DNA of 64,000 bases from positions 288,001 through 352,000 of the forward strand of contig JBLWTJ010000003.1 in NCBI GenBank assembly GCA_048270185.1, read 5' to 3'. A program made the position numbers and the translations under genes. Positions 31,066-40,026 of this stretch are shown here, piece by piece (position 1 is the first letter of the stretch; each line of letters starts with the position of its first letter). The DNA comes from Bacteriovoracaceae bacterium. GTDB taxonomy: Bacteria > Bdellovibrionota > Bacteriovoracia > Bacteriovoracales > Bacteriovoracaceae. The notes under the pieces are model-generated. The model saw only the letters and a list, made by a program, of their open reading frames with translations. It searched no databases and was not told the origin of the DNA.

Positions 31066-31334
31066 TATTCGTGCTTATTTATTTCTTCAATTTTAATAGA
31101 ATCTTCAATATGAGTATAAAAAGCTCTGTATGAGCTATTTAATCTCACACTTCGAAAATCTCTAAGATTTCCATGAAGAGGCTCATCATGAAGTCCTGAA
31201 ATCTTTCTCGTTTCTTCAATCCCTAAAGACATCACGCAATTAATCCAATAACTCAGCTCATCTTGTATATGATGAGGGATCTTTTGTAATGTCTTCATTG
31301 CATGTTTACTAAATTCAATCGTATGTTTTCGCAT
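31062..31334 (-). CDS. RelE/HigB-family toxin-like protein
   Basis: IEFSKHAMKTL...GLHDEPLHGNLRDFRSVRLNSSYRAFY...EEINKHEY. Confidence 0.8.
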   Translation of the reverse strand: MRKHTIEFSKHAMKTLQKIPHHIQDELSYWINCVMSLGIEETRKISGLHDEPLHGNLRDFRSVRLNSSYRAFYTHIEDSIKIEEINKHEY

Positions 31335-31390
31335 GAGCGCTATTGTATCGACTAAAATTTATCTTGAAAAGTACCAATAACTACTGCTTG

Positions 31391-33256
31391 TTAATAGTAG
31401 AAGAAGTTTATCCCGGCGTAACCTTTTTTATAGAAACTATCTTGATAATCATATCCTGCAACAAAACTTATGCTTTTATTTAAGTGGTAGCGTGCTTCTG
31501 CACCAAATTCATGTGTCTCACTGACTCGACTTCTAGAGCGAAACATATATTGATAACTTAATGCAGTTGAAAATCTTGATGAAGAAAAGACGATTTTTGC
31601 CTTTGGGCCTATGCCGGCAGTATAATCATAGTCTGATTCAAAAGTATAATTACCTTCCATGGCAGCAAGCATGGCAAATGTAATACTTTCATTTCCAAAA
31701 GTGTAACCTAGATCGAGATGGAAATAAGGATTGAAGGTCTTACTCTCATAGATTTGGTTTTCAGCGGCACCAAAGCTTAATTGCCAACTGATTTTCTTTG
31801 CAAAAATATTAACTGGTCTTAGCGCTTCAATCTTTGCAAAGACAATTTCTTCAAGTCTAAGCTTATCTTCCTGATACTTATTATAAGCAAGCTTAAGAAC
31901 TCCAAGCTCTGTTGTGGACATTGGAAGGAAACCATTTGGTTTATCGAGAAGATCGTGAAGGGCACCACGAATTTCAAAATTAAAATACTCACCAGCTGAA
32001 TCCTTACTTCCAAGTAGGCGTACACGATTGGTACGATGTCCTTTATCTGGAGAGTTCTTATTCATAAATGTATAATCGAGATCTTTGGACTTAGAATTAA
32101 GCCTTGCACGGCGGCTGTTAATTTTAAATTTTTGCTGCTGATATTCTTTTCTTTCACGACTTTTTAGTGATTTTGTTGCATCGACGTCTGCATTTTTGAA
32201 ATCAACATAGAGATTGTAAGTATCAAGAACAAAGAGTTCATCTTCGTTGTCTTTGATTTCTTTTATCATTGATGAATCATTTATTAATGTTTTAAAAAGC
32301 TCAAGTTGATTATCATCCATCGCTTCATAACGTGATTTAAGCTTTGTATAAGAAGCAGGTCTAAGTCGTACGTCTTTAACGATATCTTCTTGGTCAAAAA
32401 GGGCATAGAGAGTATCAACAGGGGGAACTGTCACTCCAATTGCATCCATGAGTTTCCATTCCGGTTTTATCGCATCGAGAAAGGAGAGAATATGATAAGA
32501 ACAATTCTCTGAAAAATAGAGATAGTCAAAGTAGGCGCGATTCATCTCAAAGAGATGGGCCTGAAAGTAGGCTATATCTTTTGCATTTAAATTTAATTTA
32601 TAATCCCAAAGATCACGGGACTCCATATTATTATACTCTTTAACTTTTACGTAGTACGGCATCATCGAGTATTCACCACGGAAGCCTCCAAAGATTCCTT
32701 TTATTCCGTAGATAAGAGGATTGACCGTATCAACTTTTGCTGCAAAGTCGACGCCGTAATCGAGTAGATCATTATTTTCTTTAGTTGATGATTTAGAGCG
32801 AAGTCTAAAAAATGTATGACCAAATGTTGAGGCCGGCTTCTCAATGAAGTACGAAGAGAAGATAATTGAAACCGAATCTAAGTCGATTTTCTTAATATAG
32901 GCTTGATAGGCCGGACAATTTTTTAAATTAATTGATTTTGAAATCAGTCCTGCCTTTTTTAAAAGCATGACTCTTGCTGGATAGAGGCATTTTGGGTGTC
33001 CATCCATATTTTGCAAATTCTTTGAATTGATCCCATTAATTGTAGCTTCTAGCTCCTTTAGTGGAGACTCCATACCTTCACTTGAGAGGAAGTATTCTTT
33101 TGCTTTTACTTGTGATTTTTCTCCAAAGACACTGCTTTGATAGCGCATTAATTTTATCCATTCTTCTGATTTAGCAAAACTTTGAATTTTGTTAGTTTGA
33201 GCACTTAGGTTAGAAGAAAGCAGAATAAGTGAAAGAAATAGTAGGGGTTTTATCAT
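31391..33256 (-). CDS. DUF4105 / Lnb-like protein (NlpC/P60-like periplasmic domain plus C-terminal beta-barrel)
   Basis: Signal peptide from ATG 33256; CLYPAR, PASTFGHTFF, YNNMESRDLW, YLYFSENCSY; aromatic-ending beta strands at the C-terminus. Confidence 0.8.
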   Translation of the reverse strand: MIKPLLFLSLILLSSNLSAQTNKIQSFAKSEEWIKLMRYQSSVFGEKSQVKAKEYFLSSEGMESPLKELEATINGINSKNLQNMDGHPKCLYPARVMLLKKAGLISKSINLKNCPAYQAYIKKIDLDSVSIIFSSYFIEKPASTFGHTFFRLRSKSSTKENNDLLDYGVDFAAKVDTVNPLIYGIKGIFGGFRGEYSMMPYYVKVKEYNNMESRDLWDYKLNLNAKDIAYFQAHLFEMNRAYFDYLYFSENCSYHILSFLDAIKPEWKLMDAIGVTVPPVDTLYALFDQEDIVKDVRLRPASYTKLKSRYEAMDDNQLELFKTLINDSSMIKEIKDNEDELFVLDTYNLYVDFKNADVDATKSLKSRERKEYQQQKFKINSRRARLNSKSKDLDYTFMNKNSPDKGHRTNRVRLLGSKDSAGEYFNFEIRGALHDLLDKPNGFLPMSTTELGVLKLAYNKYQEDKLRLEEIVFAKIEALRPVNIFAKKISWQLSFGAAENQIYESKTFNPYFHLDLGYTFGNESITFAMLAAMEGNYTFESDYDYTAGIGPKAKIVFSSSRFSTALSYQYMFRSRSRVSETHEFGAEARYHLNKSISFVAGYDYQDSFYKKGYAGINFFYY

Positions 33257-33270
33257 TAGAAACTTTTGGC

Positions 33271-33299
33271 AAAAAAAGGTATCCACCGTAGTGGATACC
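33271..33299 (-). terminator. Intrinsic terminator between DUF3015 and DUF4105 genes
   Basis: GGTATCCAC-TACG-GTGGATACC followed by T7 on the minus strand. Confidence 0.8.
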
Positions 33300-33311
33300 A
33301 TGAAAATAAAA

Positions 33312-33743
33312 TTAGATAGCAAGAACAGCTTTAATGTTATTGTGGATCATTTCCGCATCAGCATTTTCAGCAAAGATCTTGTCAAAGTTTTTCTTAAGAA
33401 CTGCTTTATTAGCATTCTTAGCATCAACTAGAGCAAGGTAAGCGTTTAAGCTTTCACCTTCACCACGTGCAATATCTGAAGATAGTGCAACCATGTTGTT
33501 TTCTACAAAAGATACAGCAGAAACTCTTGCTGATTTTGCATCTTCACAACCAAGAGTACCAGTTGACATTGCAAATGTCTGGTTACCAAATGTACCGTTA
33601 GTAGTAGCTGCAAGTACGTTCATAACTAGTCCTGACTTACCTTGGAAGATAACCGAACCAAGACCACAACCAGCTGGCCCGTGAGCAGCTAGAGCAGAAA
33701 ATGAAAGTGCTGAAAAAGCAACTGCGCATAATAGTTTTTTCAT
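33312..33743 (-). CDS. DUF3015-family exported protein
   Basis: AGGAG SD before ATG 33743; GPAGCGLGS, AATTNGTFGNQTFAMSTGTLGC, DIARGEGESL. Confidence 0.85.
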   Translation of the reverse strand: MKKLLCAVAFSALSFSALAAHGPAGCGLGSVIFQGKSGLVMNVLAATTNGTFGNQTFAMSTGTLGCEDAKSARVSAVSFVENNMVALSSDIARGEGESLNAYLALVDAKNANKAVLKKNFDKIFAENADAEMIHNNIKAVLAI

Positions 33744-33871
33744 CAATAAACTCCTTAATATTGAGGTTTGTAATTTCAATACATAAAGTTTATATGAATC
33801 AAGAAAAATGTAAATTAAAATTCAAAATTTATAACCTTTAGAAATAGTCGGATAAATTTAGAAAAATTTAA

Positions 33872-35251
33872 TTATAGAATCGTCCGTTGTAGAGCCTTAA
33901 GTGGATCTTTAAAGTTACCTTGGTTATAAACTTCCTTAATTTCTCTAAAGATATTGAGTAGGTTTTTCTTTCCGCCGGCCGTAGTTGTCAGCTTTAAGAT
34001 ATAGTTATTTGCCAAGATGAAGGCACATGAGTGGGCCGTTAATTTATTTGTACTTAGTTTATTAGGGAAACCATCACCTTTAGGTTTTTCATGGTGTTGA
34101 GCGACAACAAAGTCGGCTTCAGGGTATCCAGTAAAGTATTGTGCAATCTCAGCGGCCTTAAGTGGATGGACACGATAATTTTCCTGCTCACTTTCCTTAA
34201 ACATTTTAAGCTGCGGGTCTTCAAGTGATTGAATCGAAGCCAGATCTTCATTTTCTAACATCGAATCATAGAGTAGGGCCGCAAGACCAAGTTTCTTCTT
34301 TGATGTTTCCGAGGCCCAACCTAGAGCTTGTAGGATGAAGTGTGAAAGATACAGCGTCATAATAGATTGCGTTGCAATATCGATTGATCCCTTTGGAAAG
34401 AGATCTAATACATTTCTGTACTTCTTGTTTTCAAGAATAATATCACGACTACACATGATGACTTCATCACATAACTTAATGACATTATCTGAGACACCAA
34501 CTGTTTTTACATATTGGTGAATGAGTAGAACTGACTTAATTTGATTCTCAATGACCTCTTGTTGCTTAATCTTCTTCTTACTTTCAAAAGTTTCAAGAAG
34601 TTTTTCAATACCTTCTTCTAGGAATTTTAAATAGTCATTTTTCTTTAAGTAGAGAACTTTAATATTCTTTCTGGCATAAGAGTGAATTGTTGCATGAGAA
34701 TACTTCTTATTGGCCGAGATAATCTTCGTATACTTTGTTTGAGTAAGTTCGAGGTAAACATCGTAGGCGAGGGTATCGAATAGATAGAACCCACGAATTT
34801 TCATTGGTAGTAAATCTTCTTCTTCGAACTCTTCAATACTTGAGCCAAAGTCTTCACTTTTTACCCAAGCAAGGGCCTTGTTGACGGCGGCCATAAAGTC
34901 TTCTTCTTCAATAGGTCTAAAGAGGGCCGAACTTGATTCACTTCGTGCATAGAGTGCGTCAGGAATCTTTTGTTTGATCATTGCTTCCATTCCGATGAAG
35001 ATGAAAGGTCGCTGGCCAGTGATCGAGAGAATTTTTCCTGCCAGTTGTGAAGGGTCTTCATTCTTTAGTGCCACTTCAATAATGATCATGGCAAATGGTC
35101 CTTCAAAACTTAAAAGATCGATGGCATCGTCTCCACTGATTGCACAGTGAAGTTGGATATCTGGAAAACAATTCGAGAAGGAATCTCTAATATATCCCCA
35201 CTCATCTTTCTCGTCACAAATATACAATGCTTTCAAATCAAACCTCTTCAT
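33872..35251 (-). CDS. Receiver-like domain plus degenerate HD-GYP-like domain protein
   Basis: N-terminal REC-like fold lacking the canonical Asp; LAALLYD, HPLKAA, QHHEKPKGDGFP. Confidence 0.7.
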   Translation of the reverse strand: MKRFDLKALYICDEKDEWGYIRDSFSNCFPDIQLHCAISGDDAIDLLSFEGPFAMIIIEVALKNEDPSQLAGKILSITGQRPFIFIGMEAMIKQKIPDALYARSESSSALFRPIEEEDFMAAVNKALAWVKSEDFGSSIEEFEEEDLLPMKIRGFYLFDTLAYDVYLELTQTKYTKIISANKKYSHATIHSYARKNIKVLYLKKNDYLKFLEEGIEKLLETFESKKKIKQQEVIENQIKSVLLIHQYVKTVGVSDNVIKLCDEVIMCSRDIILENKKYRNVLDLFPKGSIDIATQSIMTLYLSHFILQALGWASETSKKKLGLAALLYDSMLENEDLASIQSLEDPQLKMFKESEQENYRVHPLKAAEIAQYFTGYPEADFVVAQHHEKPKGDGFPNKLSTNKLTAHSCAFILANNYILKLTTTAGGKKNLLNIFREIKEVYNQGNFKDPLKALQRTIL

Positions 35252-35404
35252 TCATTATTTCAACTTTTATACGGTACTCATCGGTAAGTTATTGAAATAA
35301 TAAAATTTAGTTAGTATAAAAAATCAATAATCAAACGTTTATTATACAATGTTTCGACTTTTTAAGATGAATAATTTTGATTAAACTATTTTAAAGGGGT
35401 TAGC

Positions 35405-36037
35405 ATGGATCAAAGAATCACGAATCTTGTAAAAGAGATGATAAAAATTGGCTTAATTAAAGTTTCACCACAAAATCCATTTAAGTATGCCTCTGGTAAA
35501 ACTGGACCAATCTACTGTGATAATCGAGTTATGTCTTCAAACCCTCAGATGTGGAAGCAGGCCATTGAACTTTTGTCTGAAAAAATTAATGTTAACCATC
35601 TTAAGTATGACTTTATTACTGGTGTTGCCACGGCCGGTATTTCCCATGCCGCAGCTTTGGCCTTTCTAAGAGGCGAGCCAATGAACTACGTACGCTCAAA
35701 GCCAAAAGATCATGGCACTGGCAAGATTATTGAGGGGAAGGTTGGCCAAACTAGTAGGCTTTTATTGGTCGAAGATTTAGTTAATCAGGGCTCTAGTATT
35801 GCAAAGGTGATTAATCTCATACGAAACTCGGGACATATCGTGGAAGATGTACTTTGCTTAGTCAATTATCAGACTCCGCAGGCTAAAATTCATGCAAAAG
35901 AGCTTGGAATAAACATCTTTTCATTAATAAATTTAGAAGAATTAGCCGATATCTGTCTGACGCAGACATTAATTAATGAGCAGGAACATAAACTTCTGTT
36001 AAAATGGCAGCAAGATCCAGATAACTGGCAAATTTAA
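35405..36037 (+). CDS. pyrE: Orotate phosphoribosyltransferase
   Basis: ASGKTGPIYCDNR, GVATAGI, YVRSKPKDHG, LLVEDLVNQGSS. Confidence 0.93.
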   Translation: MDQRITNLVKEMIKIGLIKVSPQNPFKYASGKTGPIYCDNRVMSSNPQMWKQAIELLSEKINVNHLKYDFITGVATAGISHAAALAFLRGEPMNYVRSKPKDHGTGKIIEGKVGQTSRLLLVEDLVNQGSSIAKVINLIRNSGHIVEDVLCLVNYQTPQAKIHAKELGINIFSLINLEELADICLTQTLINEQEHKLLLKWQQDPDNWQI

Positions 36038-36167
36038 TGCAACGCTGTGCGCTTTAGACGCAAGACGTGTCGACAGATTTGATAAAAAATTATATGTATC
36101 TACTTAATTTAATTCGTATTTAATAACGTGTTTAAGTTATATCCAACTTAAATTTTGGAGGAATAAA

Positions 36168-37439
36168 ATGGCCGAAAGTGCAAAAATTGAAATCAATGGT
36201 CAAACTATTGAAGTTCCTGTTCTAAAAGGAACTGAAAATGAGGTCGCATTAGACATCTCGAAGTTAAGAGCACAGACTGGTGCAATTACTTTAGATATTG
36301 GTTTTGTTAACACAGGATCATGTACATCAAAAATTACTTTTCTTGATGGTGAAAAAGGTATCCTAAGATACCGTGGTTATCCGATTGAGCAACTTGCTGA
36401 ATCATCTAACTTTTCTGAAGTTTCTTACCTTCTTTATAATGGTGAGCTACCAACATCTGCTCAACTTCAAGCTTTTAATAAAGAAATCTCTGCTGCTAGT
36501 AAGCTACCAGGCGGTGTTGAAAAGATCATCGATCAATTCCCTGGATCGGCTCACCCAATGGGTGTCCTAGCTGCTGCTATTTCTTCTCTAAGTGGATTCT
36601 ACCCAGAATTCCTTAATCCAGAAGCGACTGAAGAAATCAAGAACAAAGCAATTGTTCAAATGATGGGACAAGTAAAAGTTATGATGGCACAATTCTATCG
36701 CAAGTCGATGGGAAAAAGCCCACTGGCATCAAATGCTAAACTTTCTTACTCAGCAGATTTCCTAAATCTTATGTTTGACGGTGAAGTAGACCAAGACGTT
36801 GCAGACGCTCTTGATACTCTTCTAATCCTTCACGCAGACCATGAGCAAAACTGTTCAGCTTCAACTGTAAGAGTTGTCGGTTCTTCACACGCTAACGTAT
36901 TTGCTTCTATTGCAGCTGGTGTAACAGCTCTTTGGGGACAATTACACGGTGGTGCAAACCAAGCTGTACTTGAGATGCTTGAAGAGATTAAGAAAGATGG
37001 TGGTGACTATCAAAAATTCATTGAAAAAGCCAAGGATAAAGATGATCCATTCCGTCTAATGGGATTTGGACACAGAGTTTATAAGAACTTTGATCCACGT
37101 GCAAAGATCATCAAGAAAGCTTGTGACACAATTCTTACTAAGCTTGATATCCAAGACCCACTTCTTGATATTGCAAAAGGTCTTGAAGAAGTTGCTCTTA
37201 AAGATGAGTACTTCGTTAAGCGTAACCTATATCCAAACGTAGACTTCTACTCTGGTATCATCTACAAAGCTCTTGGAATCCCAACTAATATGTTTACTGC
37301 AATGTTCGTATTAGGACGTCTTCCAGGTTGGCTATCTCAGTGGAAAGAACTAAGAGAAGACGGAGCTCGTATTTCTCGTCCACGCCAAGTTTATATTGGT
37401 GAGAATGAAAGAGATTACACTCCAGTTACTAAACGATAA
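36168..37439 (+). CDS. gltA: Citrate synthase
   Basis: LRYRGYPIEQLA, LHADHEQNCS, LHGGANQAV, MGFGHRVYKNFDPRA, YPNVDFYSG. Confidence 0.98.
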   Translation: MAESAKIEINGQTIEVPVLKGTENEVALDISKLRAQTGAITLDIGFVNTGSCTSKITFLDGEKGILRYRGYPIEQLAESSNFSEVSYLLYNGELPTSAQLQAFNKEISAASKLPGGVEKIIDQFPGSAHPMGVLAAAISSLSGFYPEFLNPEATEEIKNKAIVQMMGQVKVMMAQFYRKSMGKSPLASNAKLSYSADFLNLMFDGEVDQDVADALDTLLILHADHEQNCSASTVRVVGSSHANVFASIAAGVTALWGQLHGGANQAVLEMLEEIKKDGGDYQKFIEKAKDKDDPFRLMGFGHRVYKNFDPRAKIIKKACDTILTKLDIQDPLLDIAKGLEEVALKDEYFVKRNLYPNVDFYSGIIYKALGIPTNMFTAMFVLGRLPGWLSQWKELREDGARISRPRQVYIGENERDYTPVTKR

Positions 37440-37463
37440 TAACGTTTAAAAAAGTAATATAAG

Positions 37464-37489
37464 AAGGCCTCTTAATAGAGGCCTTTTTT
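37464..37489 (+). terminator. Intrinsic terminator of gltA
   Basis: AAGGCCTCT-TAAT-AGAGGCCTT followed by a T-tract. Confidence 0.85.
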
Positions 37490-37512
37490 ATATCAAAAAA
37501 TGAGAGAGAAGA

Positions 37513-38553
37513 ATGTTTAATTACGATGAGATTTTAAAGAGTTTACTGAATCCAAATTTAAATAAGCAGCAACTTGCTAAGCTTATCAATACGCAGTCGA
37601 TTCAATTTACGGCCGAAAGAACTAAGCTTAAAAATAATTATAGTGATGCTGATCTCATTAGTGCTTATACTTCTTTCTACTTTCCAACAAATGCTCTTAA
37701 ACTTGAATTTCTAGTTGAGCAACTTGATGAGGCGACAATTAACGCCATTTCAAAAACTGAAATTATCGATATGGGAACAGGCCCTGGAACTTATGCCTTT
37801 GCTGCCGCTGAACTTTTTAAAGATTCTCCTCTTATTATCGGTGTCGATGAGAATGAGTTGATGCTTGAGCAGGCGAATAAATTAAATGATGAAATTTTTA
37901 AAGATGAGCGTATAAGCTTCACGAATAAACTACCGGCCCAAGAATCGAGTACTGAAGCTCCTCGTACACTTATTTTTGGAAATGCTATTAATGAGATGGG
38001 AATGCCTTACGCTTTCAAGATGATTAAGCGCTACAATCCTAAATTCATTATTTGTATTGAGCCTGGAACGAGTGAAGTCTTTAAAGAGATGCTTGCTCTT
38101 AGAAAGAAGATTCTACTTATTGATTATAAGATTCAATTTCCATGTATGGGGCAGGGGAAATGTCCTCTAGAAGGCACGCCTGATTGGTGTCACCAGTCGA
38201 TTAAGACTTCTCTCGATTTTGAGTTAGAGTCTCTTTCACAAGTTGCTAAGCTAGATCGTAAGGTCATGCCTGCAACAATTCATTTCTATGCTGCCACAGA
38301 TGAAGCTAAGGAAGCAAAAGGCCAAGCTCGTATTACGCGCCTTAAACGCATCGTTAAACATGCCTTTCTTTGGGAAGTGTGTACAAATGAAAACCAAGTT
38401 GTGACTCTTGAAGTTCCAAAGAAGCTCTTTAAGAAGAAAGAGATAAAAGAGTTAGAAGCAATTTCTTCTGGTCTTGGTGTGAATTACACTGTTGAAAAAG
38501 AACTTTCAGATGGTAGCCTACGAGTGAAAAGTATTGAGATAGTGGAGTCATAA
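37513..38553 (+). CDS. Rsm22/METTL17-family SAM-dependent methyltransferase
   Basis: AYTSFYFPTN, DMGTGPGT, IEPGT, FPC-x5-CP-x6-WCH Cys cluster. Confidence 0.8.
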   Translation: MFNYDEILKSLLNPNLNKQQLAKLINTQSIQFTAERTKLKNNYSDADLISAYTSFYFPTNALKLEFLVEQLDEATINAISKTEIIDMGTGPGTYAFAAAELFKDSPLIIGVDENELMLEQANKLNDEIFKDERISFTNKLPAQESSTEAPRTLIFGNAINEMGMPYAFKMIKRYNPKFIICIEPGTSEVFKEMLALRKKILLIDYKIQFPCMGQGKCPLEGTPDWCHQSIKTSLDFELESLSQVAKLDRKVMPATIHFYAATDEAKEAKGQARITRLKRIVKHAFLWEVCTNENQVVTLEVPKKLFKKKEIKELEAISSGLGVNYTVEKELSDGSLRVKSIEIVES

Positions 38554-38563
38554 GACTCCACTA
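38540..38563. terminator. Hairpin between convergent genes
   Basis: TAGTGGAGTC-ATAA-GACTCCACTA spanning the stop codon. Confidence 0.55.
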
Positions 38564-38580
38564 AGTATTTTTTGATGGTT

Positions 38581-39093
38581 TTATTTACTTGCTGGAAATC
38601 TCTTATCCGAAGTCATTGGGATAATACTTTCTAGTTTTACCGATTCTTTAAATTCAGAAATATCCATATTGTTAATTTTGTTCTTTCCTAAGATATAGGT
38701 TTTTTTAGAAATTGAATTAACCATATAGGCCGAATCAAGTTGTGCTAATAATTTATTTCTCTTAGCTTCAAGCTTTGTAATATATGCTTTTGTTGCAATG
38801 TAATTTCTCTCTTTAGCTCCTGTTACGCCTCCTACTGGGGCCCATAAGACAGATGCCGGCCAGAATAATAGGTTGGCAATACCAAGTCCTACGTTACCAT
38901 TATAAAAGTCACCAATACCTGGAAGTACATTTAGGACCGCCGCAGTTGCTTCATTCTTTTCTTCAACCATTATTCCTTTCGACTCCCATTCTGCTAGATC
39001 TTGTCTTTGCTGTGAAGTAACAGTCGCACAACTTGTCATCAAAAGAGCTAGTGAAATAGTGATTAATTTTGTACTTGAAAGTTTCTTTAACAT
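38581..39093 (-). CDS. Lipoprotein with TM2-like hydrophobic segment
   Basis: Lipobox MTSC; KNEATAAVLNVLPGIGDFYNGNVGLG; ends KRFPASK. Confidence 0.7.
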   Translation of the reverse strand: MLKKLSSTKLITISLALLMTSCATVTSQQRQDLAEWESKGIMVEEKNEATAAVLNVLPGIGDFYNGNVGLGIANLLFWPASVLWAPVGGVTGAKERNYIATKAYITKLEAKRNKLLAQLDSAYMVNSISKKTYILGKNKINNMDISEFKESVKLESIIPMTSDKRFPASK

Positions 39094-39121
39094 TTATCCC
39101 CCATATATTGTTTGTTACTTA

Positions 39122-39149
39122 ATTTCGGTCGTGGGATATTTTAACTTTA
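39122..39149 (-). promoter_or_regulatory. sigma28-like promoter
   Basis: TAAA(GTT)-N16-ACCGAAAT upstream of 39093. Confidence 0.45.
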
Positions 39150-39261
39150 GTAAGAACTTCAATGATTTTAGTGACTTATACGTAAAATGAAGATGTAAAC
39201 TACAGCTTTGTATTTTAAGTGACTGAATTATCAAAGACGATAAAAATGGGGTTGTGAAAAA

Positions 39262-39687
39262 TTATTTTTTACTTTTTAGGGCCTTTACTTCAAAGATAAT
39301 CTTTTCCTTATCCATTGTGAAGTGAGGCATCTCTAAGATTGGCGCGAGAACATCCCTGGCAAGTTTTTGCATTTCAGGTGTCTCTAAGATGGCCATGAGT
39401 TTATTGATTTCTTCTTCGGAATATTTTTGCTTAATACGGTTCTTGATTTCTTCTTTAATATTTACATAAGTTGTATTCGATTCAATGATCTCTTCAAGTT
39501 TTTTATTATCTAAACTCTTGGCCGATTTTTCGATGAGCTGGCGTTTTACATAGTCAGCACGCTCTTTAGAGTCACTAATGAGATATTTCTCTTTTAAAAG
39601 AATATCGGCGATGTAATTAATCTTATTTTCAAGTTTTGCAAAAGCAGTTTGAGAAAATAGTAGAAGAGTTGTGATAAGAATTTTCAT
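39262..39687 (-). CDS. Exported helical hypothetical protein (DUF2059-like C-terminus)
   Basis: Start at ATG 39687 gives MKILITTLLLFSQTAFA signal; YSEEEINKLMAILETPEMQK. TATAAT lies 6 nt upstream of the ATG. Confidence 0.65.
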   Translation of the reverse strand: MKILITTLLLFSQTAFAKLENKINYIADILLKEKYLISDSKERADYVKRQLIEKSAKSLDNKKLEEIIESNTTYVNIKEEIKNRIKQKYSEEEINKLMAILETPEMQKLARDVLAPILEMPHFTMDKEKIIFEVKALKSKK

Positions 39688-39702
39688 TCTTAAATTATAA
39701 AC

Positions 39703-39728
39703 AAAAAAGCCTCCCAATGGGAGGCTTT
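39703..39728 (-). terminator. Intrinsic terminator of rpmE2
   Basis: AAAGCCTCCC-ATT-GGGAGGCTTTTTT on the minus strand. Confidence 0.85.
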
Positions 39729-39759
39729 CTTTATATAGGAAAAATAAAATCTTATAAGA

Positions 39760-40026
39760 TTATTTTTTCTTTCCAAGTGAAGCGTATGAAGAACCAAATT
39801 TCTTTCTGAATTTATCGATACGACCTTCAGTATCAAGTACTTTTTGCTTACCTGTATAGAATGGGTGAGATGCACTTGAGATATCAAGTTTCACGTATGG
39901 GTAAACTGTCCCTTCGTGCTCAAGTTCAGCGTCAGCCTTAATTGTTGATCTTGTGATGAATTTTAAATCTGCAGAAATGTCATGGAAAAGAACATCTCTA
40001 TACTCTGGGTGGATACCTTTTTTCAT
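39760..40026 (-). CDS. rpmE2: 50S ribosomal protein L31 type B (no zinc motif)
   Basis: [10 protein letters not shown]...[15 protein letters not shown]...[10 protein letters not shown]; no Cys. Confidence 0.96.
   Translation of the reverse strand: MKKGIHPEYRDVLFHDISADLKFITRSTIKADAELEHEGTVYPYVKLDISSASHPFYTGKQKVLDTEGRIDKFRKKFGSSYASLGKKK

Noticed and set aside
35278..35310. sigma28 promoter for the 35251 gene
   Set aside because: ACCGATGA -10 is present but there is no TAAA at the correct spacing.
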